Positions 19,706 to 29,233 of a DNA stretch of 64,000 nt are shown here, one piece after another (positions within the stretch are counted from its first letter, which is position 1; each line of letters begins with the position of its first letter). This DNA is from Pseudomonadota bacterium (GTDB taxonomy: Bacteria; Bdellovibrionota_B; Oligoflexia; Oligoflexales; CAIYRB01): NCBI GenBank assembly GCA_031416315.1, contig JANOTL010000073.1, positions 1 to 64,000 of the forward strand. Direction: 5' to 3'. The translations under genes were made by a program, and so were the position numbers. The notes beneath the pieces were generated by a model that searched no databases, was not told the origin of the DNA, and worked only from the letters and a program-made list of their open reading frames with translations.

Positions 19706-20188
19706 TCAGCCCGCCGCTTCCAGCCATGCGAAGAACTCGTCCTCGAGCTCTTCCATTTCCATTTGAGTGCCACACTTGTCGCACTTCGGAGTCGGAACCT
19801 CTTGAGTCGACGATTGGGGCAGGTTCCTGCCTTCCTCGAAGAGCTCCCATTTTTGATGATCGCAGTTGGTGCACGCGTACGACGCATAAACGGACTTGAT
19901 GTGCGCCGTGCTCCGGAAGTTCGGGATCATGTTGATCTGCGACACGATCTCCGGGGTGCACTCTTCGAAGATGACCTTGCGGCCGCGCTCGACTTCACGC
20001 AGGAAGTTGATCCAGGCGCGGACGCCGCAGCTGTTGACGTACTCGACCTTGCGGAAGTTGAAGATGACGTTCTGGCCGAGCTGCGCGATGAACGGCGCGA
20101 GGTGCACTTCCGTGTCCTCGTTGATGGGACCGGAATAGAGCACCTGCTCCCAGTTACCCTTCTTTTCGATGTGCAGCGTGATTCCCAT
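19706..20188 (-). CDS. STAS-like protein with C-terminal Zn ribbon
   Basis: GPINED, FRKVEYVNSCGVRAWI, CTNC..CDKC. Confidence 0.8.
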   Translation of the reverse strand: MGITLHIEKKGNWEQVLYSGPINEDTEVHLAPFIAQLGQNVIFNFRKVEYVNSCGVRAWINFLREVERGRKVIFEECTPEIVSQINMIPNFRSTAHIKSVYASYACTNCDHQKWELFEEGRNLPQSSTQEVPTPKCDKCGTQMEMEELEDEFFAWLEAAG

Positions 20189-20371
20189 GGATCGCCTTCC
20201 AGTGGAGAAACGGGTCCAGGCTGGGATCGGCACATGCGGGGGGGACTTGAGCCGAGGTCTGCGGTTGGATCTCAACTGCCCGACTAGACTTCGAAATTTG
20301 AACCCCCACCGGCCGGACCCGAGGGGCCGGTCGATGGGGTTAGGAAGGAGATTCACGTAAGAATCAGGGTC

Positions 20372-21346
20372 TTAGTGAGCCAAGCCTCTACTATTGCGGC
20401 TCACGAAGATCGGCGCGCCTCGGTCCCGCGTCGTCGGATCGAGGAGCTCGGCGATGCGCTCGATTTTCCCCTCGCTGGAGAAGATCTTCGCCAGCTCGCC
20501 GTCGGACAAGACTTCCTCTAGCGTCATGTCCATGCCCTCGACGCGCACGCTCCCGCTCACGAAGCGAACGCCGTGGGAGTAGTCGGCATACTCCGCTTCA
20601 TGCACGGTGCTGAGCGCCTGGATCGGGATGGCGCCCGGCTGGTGCCATCCGTAGATTGCCACGCGTTGCCCTGGGTGCCGCGCGAGACGATTGGTCAAGA
20701 CGAGGTCTTTCTTGTGACCCGCGACGAGCAGGCCGAAGGCGTCGCGATGCCGGAGCTGGGCTTCGATCACGTCGTTGTGGAGCTGGAAGTACGCGTTGCG
20801 CGTCATCTCCGGGCCCGCCGGCAAAGGCTTCGGGCGTACCCGGACGCTGGCCTGGTCGTAAACGGCGTCGACCATCTTCTTCGTCGGCAGCGCGAAGCCG
20901 AATTGTTCGGCCAGCTTTGCCGCGGTCGGCAAGCTCATCGGGATGCGAACGTAGTCCTCGTCGCTCCCGATGGCGAGGTAGTCGGGCAATACCCAGACCG
21001 TCGCGCTGAGCGCGCCGCGGTTCTTGGTCGCTGCCGACAGCTGCACCGGCACGAGCATCCGCAGATGGCTTGGCACGTTGCCTTTCAGCACCTGGCTCAA
21101 GACGGCGGCTTCGCGCTCCGGCCCCTTCATGCTGGCCGTCCGCTCGAGAAAAGTACTTCCTGCGAGCGCGTCCGGCCGGCGCGGCGGAAACCCCGCGAAC
21201 CGGCGCTCGACCATCGAAGCCTGCGGCTTTGGTGGCCTGAGATCGAGCTGCGAGCTCCTTTTGGCCGGATCGGATTGGCACGACGTGACTGCGGCCGCAA
21301 GTCCTGCGGCCAATAGCAATCGTCCCCGAAGCAATCGTTGTTGCAT
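20372..21346 (-). CDS. Hypothetical lipoprotein
   Basis: Lipobox VTSC; PDYLAIG, GHKKD, IYGWH, H..YADYSHG motifs. Confidence 0.75.
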   Translation of the reverse strand: MQQRLLRGRLLLAAGLAAAVTSCQSDPAKRSSQLDLRPPKPQASMVERRFAGFPPRRPDALAGSTFLERTASMKGPEREAAVLSQVLKGNVPSHLRMLVPVQLSAATKNRGALSATVWVLPDYLAIGSDEDYVRIPMSLPTAAKLAEQFGFALPTKKMVDAVYDQASVRVRPKPLPAGPEMTRNAYFQLHNDVIEAQLRHRDAFGLLVAGHKKDLVLTNRLARHPGQRVAIYGWHQPGAIPIQALSTVHEAEYADYSHGVRFVSGSVRVEGMDMTLEEVLSDGELAKIFSSEGKIERIAELLDPTTRDRGAPIFVSRNSRGLAH

Positions 21347-21541
21347 GATCCTTGTCCTCTATGATTCTTCCCCCTCACAGCACCAAATCCAGAGTCGACG
21401 AGGCGGGGATCCAGTCTTAAGTGTCGTGATAACGCGAACTGGATCCCCTGGTTGCGCCTAGCCTTAAAGAACCGGCGCGTCCTGGAAGACCGCGTTTTTC
21501 ATTGAGCCGTGGCGCTCAGCGCGTCGCCGCGACAAGGTCAG

Positions 21542-21571
21542 CAGGGCTGCCCCCGAGAGAGGGCAGCCCTG
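21542..21571 (-). terminator. GC-rich hairpin downstream of speA (11-bp stem, no clear U-tract)
   Basis: CAGGGCTGCCC-N8-GGGCAGCCCTG, 25 nt after the speA stop. Confidence 0.45.
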
Positions 21572-21596
21572 TGCGAAGAGAGCCTGGGCAATTTGA

Positions 21597-23510
21597 CTAC
21601 ATGTCGCCCAAATAAGGGTACGAGGTCATGTACTTCAAGAGGCGTTCGCGGTTGTCGGTGACGTCCGCTTCGGAAATGCGGCCTTCGGCGACCGACTTGT
21701 TGAACTGGATGTCGTAGCAGCCGACCATCTCGCTCATGTCGTAGTTGCGCGAGACGAGGAGCTCGTCGACCGGGTCGCCCTGGGTGAGCTTGGTGACTTC
21801 CCACTCGCCGTCGGCGTTGATGTGGACCTCGGCCTCGTGGATGGCGCCGAACAGGTTGTGCTCGTTGGCGAGGCTTTCCTGGTAGGCGCCGACGAGGAAG
21901 AAGCCGACGTAGTAAGCCTCCCCGTTCGGACGGTGCAGGTCGAGGGCCGTCTTCACGTCGGCGCGGTCGATGAAGTGGTCGAGGCAGCCGTCGGAGTCGC
22001 AGGTGATGTCGACGATCGTCGCCTTGTGTGACGGCTTCTCGTCGTGGCGCGACAAAGGCATGACCGGGAACAATTGGTCGATCGACCAGGAGTCCGGGAT
22101 CGATTGGAAGATGGAGAAGTTGGCCAGGTACTTCGACACCATGACCTTTTGCAGATCCTCGAACTCCTCCAGCTGATGACGCTGGAAGGACGAGAAATAC
22201 AGCGCGCGGCGGCAAACCTTTCGGAACAGGTCCTCCGCGACGGCGCGGTCCTGCATCGTCAGATAGCCGAGGTTGAAGAGCGTGAAGAGCTCTTCCTGGT
22301 ACTCGATCGAGTCGTGATAGAACTCGACGAAGTTCTTCCGATTGATGTTGTCCAGGATGTATTTGAGCTCTTTGATGCTCTTGTGGGCGTCCTGGCTCGG
22401 CGCCGTGTCGGCGTCGATCTCGTACGAGCCCATCGACTCCTCGCCCTGGACCTCGCGGATGTCCGTGACGACGACCGAGTGGTAGGCGGCGATGACGCGG
22501 CCGGACTCGGTGACGATCGTCGGATGCGCGACGCCTTCGTTCGTGCAGACCTCGCCAAGGACGTAGATCGCGTCGTTGGCGAATTCCTGCATCGTGTAGT
22601 TGGCGCTGGAGGTGAAGGACGTCTTGCTGCCGTCGTAGTCGACGCCGACGCCGCCGCCGATGTTCAAGTACTGCGGCGTATAGCCCATCTTCACGACCTT
22701 CGTGTAGACGCGCGCCGCTTCCTTGATGGCGTTCTTGAAGCGCTTGATCTCGGTGATCTGCGAGCCGATGTGGAAGTGCAACATGGCGAGGCGGTCGCGC
22801 ATGTTGGCGTCTTCGAGCATCTTCAGGCAGTGCAAGACCTCGCTGGTCGTCAGGCCGAACTTCGAGGAGTCGCCCGAGGACTTCTCCCATTTGCCCGCGC
22901 CCTTGGAATAGAGGCGCACGCGCAGGCCGATTTCCGGGATCGTCTTGCGTTTCTTCGACAGCTCGATGAAGGTCTCGAGCTCGTCCGGGCCCTCGACGAC
23001 CACGATGACGCGCTTGCCCATCGCGCAGCCGATGAAGCCGAGGTCGATGAACTCGCGGTCCTTGAAGCCGTTGGCGATGAGGAGCGAGTTGCCCGTGAGC
23101 GGGTAGCTCAGGGCGGCGATGAACTCGGTCTTGCTGCCGACCTCGAGCCCGTAGTCGAGGCGCTGGCCGCAGCTGACGATCGCGTCGATGAACTCTCGGC
23201 GCTGGTTCACCTTGAAGGGGAACACGCCGACGTGGCGGCCCTTGAACTGGAACTCGCCGATCGCCTGCCGGAAGGCGGAATGCATCCGCTCGAGCTGTCC
23301 CTCGATGATCTGCGGGAAGCGCAGGATGATCGGAGTGTGGTAGCCCTGGCCCTTGCATTTGGCGATCAAATCGGGAAGCGAAACGGACAGATGCTCTTCA
23401 CCCGTCGGATGGCAAACGACATGGCCGGCGTCGTCGATACTGAAGTATCCACCACCCCAATCGTCGATGCCGAACAACTCGCGCGCTTCCTGAATCTGGC
23501 GAATGTTCAC
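21597..23510 (-). CDS. speA: Biosynthetic arginine decarboxylase
   Basis: WGGGYF, FPFKVNQRRE (PLP Lys), GLEVGSK, HFHIGSQI, TESGR, NFSIFQSIPDSW, DITCDSDG, GAYQE..HNLFG. Confidence 0.96.
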   Translation of the reverse strand: MNIRQIQEARELFGIDDWGGGYFSIDDAGHVVCHPTGEEHLSVSLPDLIAKCKGQGYHTPIILRFPQIIEGQLERMHSAFRQAIGEFQFKGRHVGVFPFKVNQRREFIDAIVSCGQRLDYGLEVGSKTEFIAALSYPLTGNSLLIANGFKDREFIDLGFIGCAMGKRVIVVVEGPDELETFIELSKKRKTIPEIGLRVRLYSKGAGKWEKSSGDSSKFGLTTSEVLHCLKMLEDANMRDRLAMLHFHIGSQITEIKRFKNAIKEAARVYTKVVKMGYTPQYLNIGGGVGVDYDGSKTSFTSSANYTMQEFANDAIYVLGEVCTNEGVAHPTIVTESGRVIAAYHSVVVTDIREVQGEESMGSYEIDADTAPSQDAHKSIKELKYILDNINRKNFVEFYHDSIEYQEELFTLFNLGYLTMQDRAVAEDLFRKVCRRALYFSSFQRHQLEEFEDLQKVMVSKYLANFSIFQSIPDSWSIDQLFPVMPLSRHDEKPSHKATIVDITCDSDGCLDHFIDRADVKTALDLHRPNGEAYYVGFFLVGAYQESLANEHNLFGAIHEAEVHINADGEWEVTKLTQGDPVDELLVSRNYDMSEMVGCYDIQFNKSVAEGRISEADVTDNRERLLKYMTSYPYLGDM

Positions 23511-23681
23511 TTATGCGGACCTCCTTCAAATAGGCTGCGTAAAGTGCGGGCTTTCGGTTGATATTACAAGTAGAATTTCAGTTTCCGTGAGTCTCCGGCG
23601 CCGCCTTGATGAAATTTTGTTTCGTGTGACGGTCGGGGTGCAGCAATATCGGCCGCTTACTGTTCGCGGAGGCGCAGCGCA

Positions 23682-24293
23682 GTGCAGATTTCTTCGGGCT
23701 GGGCCAAGGGGATGAGCTTGCTGGTGCCGGCGGGCCTCGCGACGCGCCCGACGAGCGCCAAAGTGCGCGCCGCGATCCTGAACATGATGGCGCCGGTCGT
23801 CGACCGCGCGCTCGTGCTCGACGTTTTCGCCGGCAGCGGCGCGCTCGGCATCGAGGCGGTGAGCCGCGGCGCGCGCGGCGCCGTCTTCGTCGAGGCGGCG
23901 CCCGCCGCCGCCAAGTGCCTCGAGAAGAATCTCGTCGAGCTGGAGCGCCGGGCGACGGCGCAGGGGCTCGAGCCGCCGCGCCTCGAGGTCGTGGCGCGCG
24001 ACGCCGAAAAGGCGATGACGCGGGTCGCCCAGCTGGCGGTCGAGCTCGGCCCCTTCGAGCTGATTTGTATGGATCCGCCGTATAGAGACGCGGTTTCCTG
24101 GCTGGAAAGGCTCGGACCGCGGCTCGCCACCGTTGCCGGCGTCGAGGCCCGGCTCGTGGTCGAGACGAGCGCCGCAGCGCCGGACGTGGCGCGGCTCGCG
24201 GCGATGGGGGCCGAGCTCGGATTCCCGTGGCGCAGGGAGCGTGAGAAGCTTTATGGAGAGACCATGGTGACGGTCTGGGAAAAGAAGGAATGA
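23682..24293 (+). CDS. rsmD: 16S rRNA m2G966 methyltransferase
   Basis: TRPT..KVR, LDVFAGSGALGIEAVSRGA, DPPY, YGET; adjacent to coaD. Confidence 0.92.
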   Translation: MQISSGWAKGMSLLVPAGLATRPTSAKVRAAILNMMAPVVDRALVLDVFAGSGALGIEAVSRGARGAVFVEAAPAAAKCLEKNLVELERRATAQGLEPPRLEVVARDAEKAMTRVAQLAVELGPFELICMDPPYRDAVSWLERLGPRLATVAGVEARLVVETSAAAPDVARLAAMGAELGFPWRREREKLYGETMVTVWEKKE

Positions 24294-24302
24294 GGGACTA
24301 GC

Positions 24303-24788
24303 ATGCAGCAACGCATCGGGGTCTACACCGGCAGCTTCGATCCCATGACCCTCGGTCACCTCGACGTGATCCGTCGTGCCAGCCACCTCTTCGACCAGGT
24401 CGTCGTCGGCGTCGGCGAGGCGCGCAGCAAGGCGCCGCTCTTCACCGTCGCCGAGCGGATGGATCTTCTGCGCTCGGTCCTCGGCGGCGTCAAGAACACG
24501 AAAGTCGAGAGCTTCGCCGGGCTCGCGGTCGACTACGCGCAGAAGCTCGGCGCCGTGGCGCTCGTGCGCGGCATCCGCTCGATGGCCGACTACTCCTACG
24601 AGGTCCAGATGGCCTTGATGAACCGCGCGATGAACCCCGCGATCGAGACAATTTTCCTCCCGACGAGCCCCGAGTTCAGTCACATCTCCTCCAGCCTGGC
24701 GAAGGAGATCGCGCTCCACGGCGGAAAGCTCGAGCTCTTGGTCCCCGACCAAGTCGCGAAGAAATTGGCGGCGAAGATCAAGGCTTGA
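24303..24788 (+). CDS. coaD: Phosphopantetheine adenylyltransferase
   Basis: YTGSFDPMTLGHLD, VRGIR..DY.YE.QMA..N, ISSS. Confidence 0.97.
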   Translation: MQQRIGVYTGSFDPMTLGHLDVIRRASHLFDQVVVGVGEARSKAPLFTVAERMDLLRSVLGGVKNTKVESFAGLAVDYAQKLGAVALVRGIRSMADYSYEVQMALMNRAMNPAIETIFLPTSPEFSHISSSLAKEIALHGGKLELLVPDQVAKKLAAKIKA

Positions 24789-24875
24789 GTCCAGGGTCAG
24801 GGGCCTAGGCGCCGTCACGACTTCAAGTATCGGGAAGCACGTCCGAAATACCTTCCATAAGGATAGGGAGGTTTC

Positions 24876-27368
24876 GTGCTCGTCGCCGTTCGGCGTCTCG
24901 TCAGGTTCGCGCTCGTCGCGCTCGTGCTCTCCGCCACCTTCGGAGTCGGCGCGGGAGAGCTGCGCGCGGCCGGACTGAACGAGCTCGAAAAGGCGATCCC
25001 CGAGGGTCTGCCCAAGATCAAGTCGCACTCCCTCACCGAGTTCGCGGTCTACAAGGGCGACACGGTCGAGCTCGAGGTCGAGGCGTCCGGCGTCGACCTC
25101 GCCTTTAAGTGGATCCGCGCCAAGAACGTCTTTTGTCGCGAGGCGACCTGCTCGATCGACACCAGCGACTGGGGCCTCGGCTCGCAGAAGGTGACATTCA
25201 TCATCGTCAGCCCGAAGGGCTCGCTCTACCTGCGCTACACGATCAAGGTCTTGGCGCCGCCGGCCGGCTACAAAGTCGGGCGCGTGAAGCCCGAGATGAT
25301 CGACGCCGGCGAGAAGATCGAGACCGTCACCGAGATCGACCTCGCCGTGAAGACGCTCAGCGGCCGCGGCTTCAGCTACCACAACAAGAAGCTGCAGGTC
25401 GTCGGCCCGACGGCTCGCGCCTTGGACTGGGGCGAGAAGCTGAGGACGCAGGACGAGTCGACGATGCAGATCGCGCGCGACGGCAAAGAGCATCACGTGC
25501 TCGGTCCGGCGACCTCGGTCTACCTGGCGAAGTCGGACAGCGGACGGCGCGCAATCGTGCTGTCGCGCGGGCTTTTGCGGAGTCGGCAGCTCGATCGGCG
25601 CGAGCCGTCTTGGTCGATCCTCTACGGCAACTGGCTGCAGATCGACGCCAACGAGACGGGCGACGTCATCGTGCGGAAGCCGCGCGCGGATCGCGAGGAG
25701 ATCGAGCTCCTCGTCCTGCGCGGCGCGGCGCGCGTCTTCCGGCGCAAGGCCTCCGCCGACACCGGCGGCGACAACGGCGTCGCGGGCGAGGCCATCGCGG
25801 TCCCGCAAGGCGGCGTCGTCCGCCTGACGCGCGAGTTCGACCAAGCGCTGCGCATCGAATACCCGACCATACAGGTTTACGGTCCGCTCGTGGCAGAGAC
25901 GACGCCGCTGTACATGCCGGGCCAGAACGTCGCGAAGGACGCCCCCGGGACGATGATCCTCGGCGCCGAGGACCGGCCCAAGGATTTCGCGGCCGCCGTC
26001 AAGAAGGGAGCCGAAGCGGTGGCGAAGCGCGACTTCCCGCTCGCCGTCGAGGTCCTGCAGCCGTTCACGACCGAGGCGAAGAAGAGCTACCGCGCGGCGC
26101 TCACCATCGGCAAAGCCTACCTGGGGATGCTGCAGCGCGATGCCGCCATCACTTACTTGTCCGCGGCCGCGCGGCTGCGAAAGAAGGACGGCGAGCCGCA
26201 CTTCCTCCTCGGCGAGGCGGAGCTCGGGGAAGGTCGATGGAAGCGCGCTTACCGTCACCTCCGGAAGGCGGACGACCTCGACTATCCGGATCAGCAGACC
26301 TTGGCCTACTACCTCGGCGTGGCGAGCTACCATGTTCAGGAATACGTCGCAGCCCGGAACGCCCTGACGCGCTCCCTTTGGGCCGGCGGTGACGCCGCGG
26401 TCGACGCCTCCGCCGACGCCTTTCGGCGCAAGGTGCGCTTCGACGGTTGGTTCGACCTGCGCTTGAGCATGGGCCTCCTTTTCGACAGCAACGTCGTGCG
26501 CGCTGGCGAGCGCCACGGCGAGCCGCTTCCCCAGAAGATCGCGAAAAAAGGCAGCGCCGGTTTCCTCGGCGGCGGCGGTTTCAGCGTGTGGGCTTTCCGC
26601 AGCGAGCAGGGCCATCTGGGCCTCACCTTCGACGCCGACAAGCTCAGCTGGTTCGAGAAAACTCTGGCCAAGGTCGGCACCTTGAAGGAGCGCATCGCGC
26701 TCGAGTTCGGCGTCAACGCCGGCGCTAAGCCGGAGCTCGAGGAGAGCCAGTTCGAGCTCGGCTTGACCGCCGAGGCGGGCACGCTGGTTCTCGGCGACCA
26801 GCGCGCCATGGACACGGTCGGCGGCCGCGTGCGGGTGGCCTTGCCGACCCTGGCGCACCTGACCCTGACGACGCGCAGCCTCGTCAACGTCGACCCGCTG
26901 CCGGGACGCGACGACGTCCTCGATCCGATCCTGATGGAGATCGTCGCGACCAGCGACCGCTCCAATCGGCAGAACTACTACGGGCTCTCCCTTCGTCCCG
27001 TCGACCTGGAGACGATCGACGTCGAGCTCAAAGGCGAATTCGGCGACACGATCCTCAGCGAGGTCGACGTCGTCGCGCAGAGCTTCAAGGAGACCAAGGT
27101 CGGCGTCGGCGCGACGGTCGAGCCTTCGCGCCGCACGGACGTCGCCGTCGACCTCGACTACCTGATGCGCGATTTCCCGGTGGCCGCCGCGGGCACGACC
27201 AAAAAACGCAGCGATAAGGTGATCGAGCTCGCGGTCGGCTGGAGCTGGTCCTACACGACGAGTCTGTCGCACTACGTCCATCTCCTTTACGAGAAGCAGT
27301 CCTCGAACGTCGAGGAAGCGAGCTTCGGACGCACCGGTCTCGGCTACAAGGTCACCTTGGACCTGTGA
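24876..27368 (+). CDS. Exported protein: Ig-like/FecR-like N-terminus, TPR repeats, C-terminal outer-membrane beta-barrel
   Basis: Signal peptide; LLVLRGAARV (FecR-like); helical TPR patterns; FDSNV then amphipathic strands ending GYKVTLDL. Confidence 0.7.
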   Translation: MLVAVRRLVRFALVALVLSATFGVGAGELRAAGLNELEKAIPEGLPKIKSHSLTEFAVYKGDTVELEVEASGVDLAFKWIRAKNVFCREATCSIDTSDWGLGSQKVTFIIVSPKGSLYLRYTIKVLAPPAGYKVGRVKPEMIDAGEKIETVTEIDLAVKTLSGRGFSYHNKKLQVVGPTARALDWGEKLRTQDESTMQIARDGKEHHVLGPATSVYLAKSDSGRRAIVLSRGLLRSRQLDRREPSWSILYGNWLQIDANETGDVIVRKPRADREEIELLVLRGAARVFRRKASADTGGDNGVAGEAIAVPQGGVVRLTREFDQALRIEYPTIQVYGPLVAETTPLYMPGQNVAKDAPGTMILGAEDRPKDFAAAVKKGAEAVAKRDFPLAVEVLQPFTTEAKKSYRAALTIGKAYLGMLQRDAAITYLSAAARLRKKDGEPHFLLGEAELGEGRWKRAYRHLRKADDLDYPDQQTLAYYLGVASYHVQEYVAARNALTRSLWAGGDAAVDASADAFRRKVRFDGWFDLRLSMGLLFDSNVVRAGERHGEPLPQKIAKKGSAGFLGGGGFSVWAFRSEQGHLGLTFDADKLSWFEKTLAKVGTLKERIALEFGVNAGAKPELEESQFELGLTAEAGTLVLGDQRAMDTVGGRVRVALPTLAHLTLTTRSLVNVDPLPGRDDVLDPILMEIVATSDRSNRQNYYGLSLRPVDLETIDVELKGEFGDTILSEVDVVAQSFKETKVGVGATVEPSRRTDVAVDLDYLMRDFPVAAAGTTKKRSDKVIELAVGWSWSYTTSLSHYVHLLYEKQSSNVEEASFGRTGLGYKVTLDL

Positions 27369-28761
27369 ACGGCTGAATATCGTGGGACCGCGCATCGGGG
27401 CGTAGGGTGAAGGTGATCCACACCCGCGTGCGGTTCTTCGTCCGCGCGGCGAGGCGGAAGAGCGGCCCGACGATCGGGATGCGGGCGAATCCCGCCGTCT
27501 CGCGCTCCCGCGCGGTGGCGCTGCTCAGGTCGAGAGCTGCGGCGACCCGCGGCCGGTCCGCCTCGAGGTCGATGGCGCTCCGCACGGAGCTCAGGGAAAG
27601 CGAAGGCGCGGCGCCGGCGCCCCCATCGCGCAAGCGAAGCGAGGCGTCGAAAGCGAGCTGAACGCGGCCGTCGGCCAGGGGCTTCGGCGTGAGCTTGAGG
27701 GCGAGCCCGTGGCGCTTCCAGGCAACGGCGTCGTCCGGCTCCGCCGCGGGGCCGGTCCTCGGCGCGTGGCTGCGCGTCGGCGCTGCGTACGCCGTCTCGC
27801 CGCCGACCGCGATCTCCGTCTCCTCGCCGGCCGGAAGGCGCACGAGCGGCTCGCCGATCACGTCGACGCGGCGTTCCTCGGCGAGGACCTCGAGCTGGGC
27901 GGAGATCGCGGCGTGCGCGGCGAGTCCTGAGGATGCGCCGCCCGCCGTCGCCGCGAGGCCGCCGCCGAAGCCGACGTCCCGCCCCGCCAGCAAGGCGAGC
28001 TCCGCTCCCGACCGCAATCCCAAGGCCTCTGCGGCGCCGTCCTCGACCACGACGACTTTGATCGCCAGCTCGTACGCCGGGGCCGGATCCGGGGGCAAAC
28101 AGCGGAAAATCAGGCGTTCCTTCGGCATGAGCGCTTCGGGCAGGCGCGGCGGCGTCGTGCATGGGGCCTCGCCACGCACGAAGCCCGCCGTCGTGACGGT
28201 GAAGTCGAGATCCGGAAAATGCCGCGCGAGCTCCTCACGCCATGTCTCGCGCCCGAGCTCCGAGAGCGCCATCGCGAAGAAACAATCCCCAGCTTCCTCA
28301 CAGGCGCGCACCGCCCCCAAAAACACCGCGTGCGAATCCGTCACGCCGCGCAGCGCCCGCGACTCCGCATCACACGTGACGCCCTCCTCGTCGCATAGCC
28401 AGGACGGAAGGAACGGCGCGCCCTTCGACCTCACCAGCCCTTTCGGCCCCGCGTCCGGTGGCAGGACGCGCACGCGCCAGCGCGCCGTAACCTCCACGGC
28501 CTCCCCGGAGGCGGCATCGATCAGCACGAACCCCGACCGCAAAGCCGTCACTTCCCATCGACCTTGCCCCAGCGCGCGCAGATCGACGACGCCGCGGCGA
28601 CTCACACGCAGGTCGGCATCCGCCGGCGCCTCGATCGTCTTCGAGCCGCCGATCGTCAGGCTCAGCTCGGAGTCGGACGTCGACGGCTCCGCGCGCCCGC
28701 GCTTCCCGGCGAGGGCCAAAGTCGCAGCCAAGAGCACCACCACCAGCTCACGGGCTCCCAT
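27352..28761 (-). CDS. Secretin, RcpA/CpaC-like
   Basis: N-terminal pilus-type domain (VTALRSG); C-terminal IGEPLVRL..GEE.EIAVGGE, GLALKLTP, ARIPIVGPLF. Confidence 0.8.
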   Translation of the reverse strand: MGARELVVVLLAATLALAGKRGRAEPSTSDSELSLTIGGSKTIEAPADADLRVSRRGVVDLRALGQGRWEVTALRSGFVLIDAASGEAVEVTARWRVRVLPPDAGPKGLVRSKGAPFLPSWLCDEEGVTCDAESRALRGVTDSHAVFLGAVRACEEAGDCFFAMALSELGRETWREELARHFPDLDFTVTTAGFVRGEAPCTTPPRLPEALMPKERLIFRCLPPDPAPAYELAIKVVVVEDGAAEALGLRSGAELALLAGRDVGFGGGLAATAGGASSGLAAHAAISAQLEVLAEERRVDVIGEPLVRLPAGEETEIAVGGETAYAAPTRSHAPRTGPAAEPDDAVAWKRHGLALKLTPKPLADGRVQLAFDASLRLRDGGAGAAPSLSLSSVRSAIDLEADRPRVAAALDLSSATARERETAGFARIPIVGPLFRLAARTKNRTRVWITFTLRPDARSHDIQPFTGPR

Positions 28762-29233
28762 AAGTCACCCTTGCCTGCCGCTCGCACGGGGTCCATCCGG
28801 TCGCGGCTTCCTGCCGCACTACGCTGACTCCGGGCTCGAGCAAGGCCCGCCCCAGCGCGTTCAAGTCCCCCGCCTTGCCGACAATGAAGCGCACGGCCAA
28901 GCGCGGTGCCCGCGCCTCCACGCGCAGGCTCGGCGTCGTGATCAAGCAAGGCGTCGTGCCCTCCGTACGCGTCAGGAACACGTCGTCGCCCGGTCGCAAG
29001 GGCCGAGCCTCCGGCGGCGTGCCGACGCTTTCCGGCAAACTCAGCACGGCGCTGCGTGCAGGTCCCGCCTTGCCGCCGCCAGTGGCTCCGCTTGCCGAGG
29101 CGCTAGCCCCGCCGGGAAGCTGCGCCATCCCGAGGCCGACGAGAAAGCAGGTGAGATGCGAGGCCACCGGCGGCCAGCCGAAGAGGCTCAGCCTGATGAA
29201 AGTGCGGCGCAATTTCTCCGTCACGCTAATCAC
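28748..29233 (-). CDS. Small CpaB/RcpC-like pilus assembly protein (divergent)
   Basis: GTG start after GAGGAGG; N-terminal TM; LRPGDDV resembles the CpaB motif; coupled to the secretin gene. Confidence 0.45.
   Translation of the reverse strand: MISVTEKLRRTFIRLSLFGWPPVASHLTCFLVGLGMAQLPGGASASASGATGGGKAGPARSAVLSLPESVGTPPEARPLRPGDDVFLTRTEGTTPCLITTPSLRVEARAPRLAVRFIVGKAGDLNALGRALLEPGVSVVRQEAATGWTPCERQARVTYGSP

Noticed and set aside
23526..27395. 1289-aa minus-strand ORF
   Set aside because: Antisense shadow of rsmD, coaD and the TPR/barrel gene; typical of high-GC DNA, no motifs
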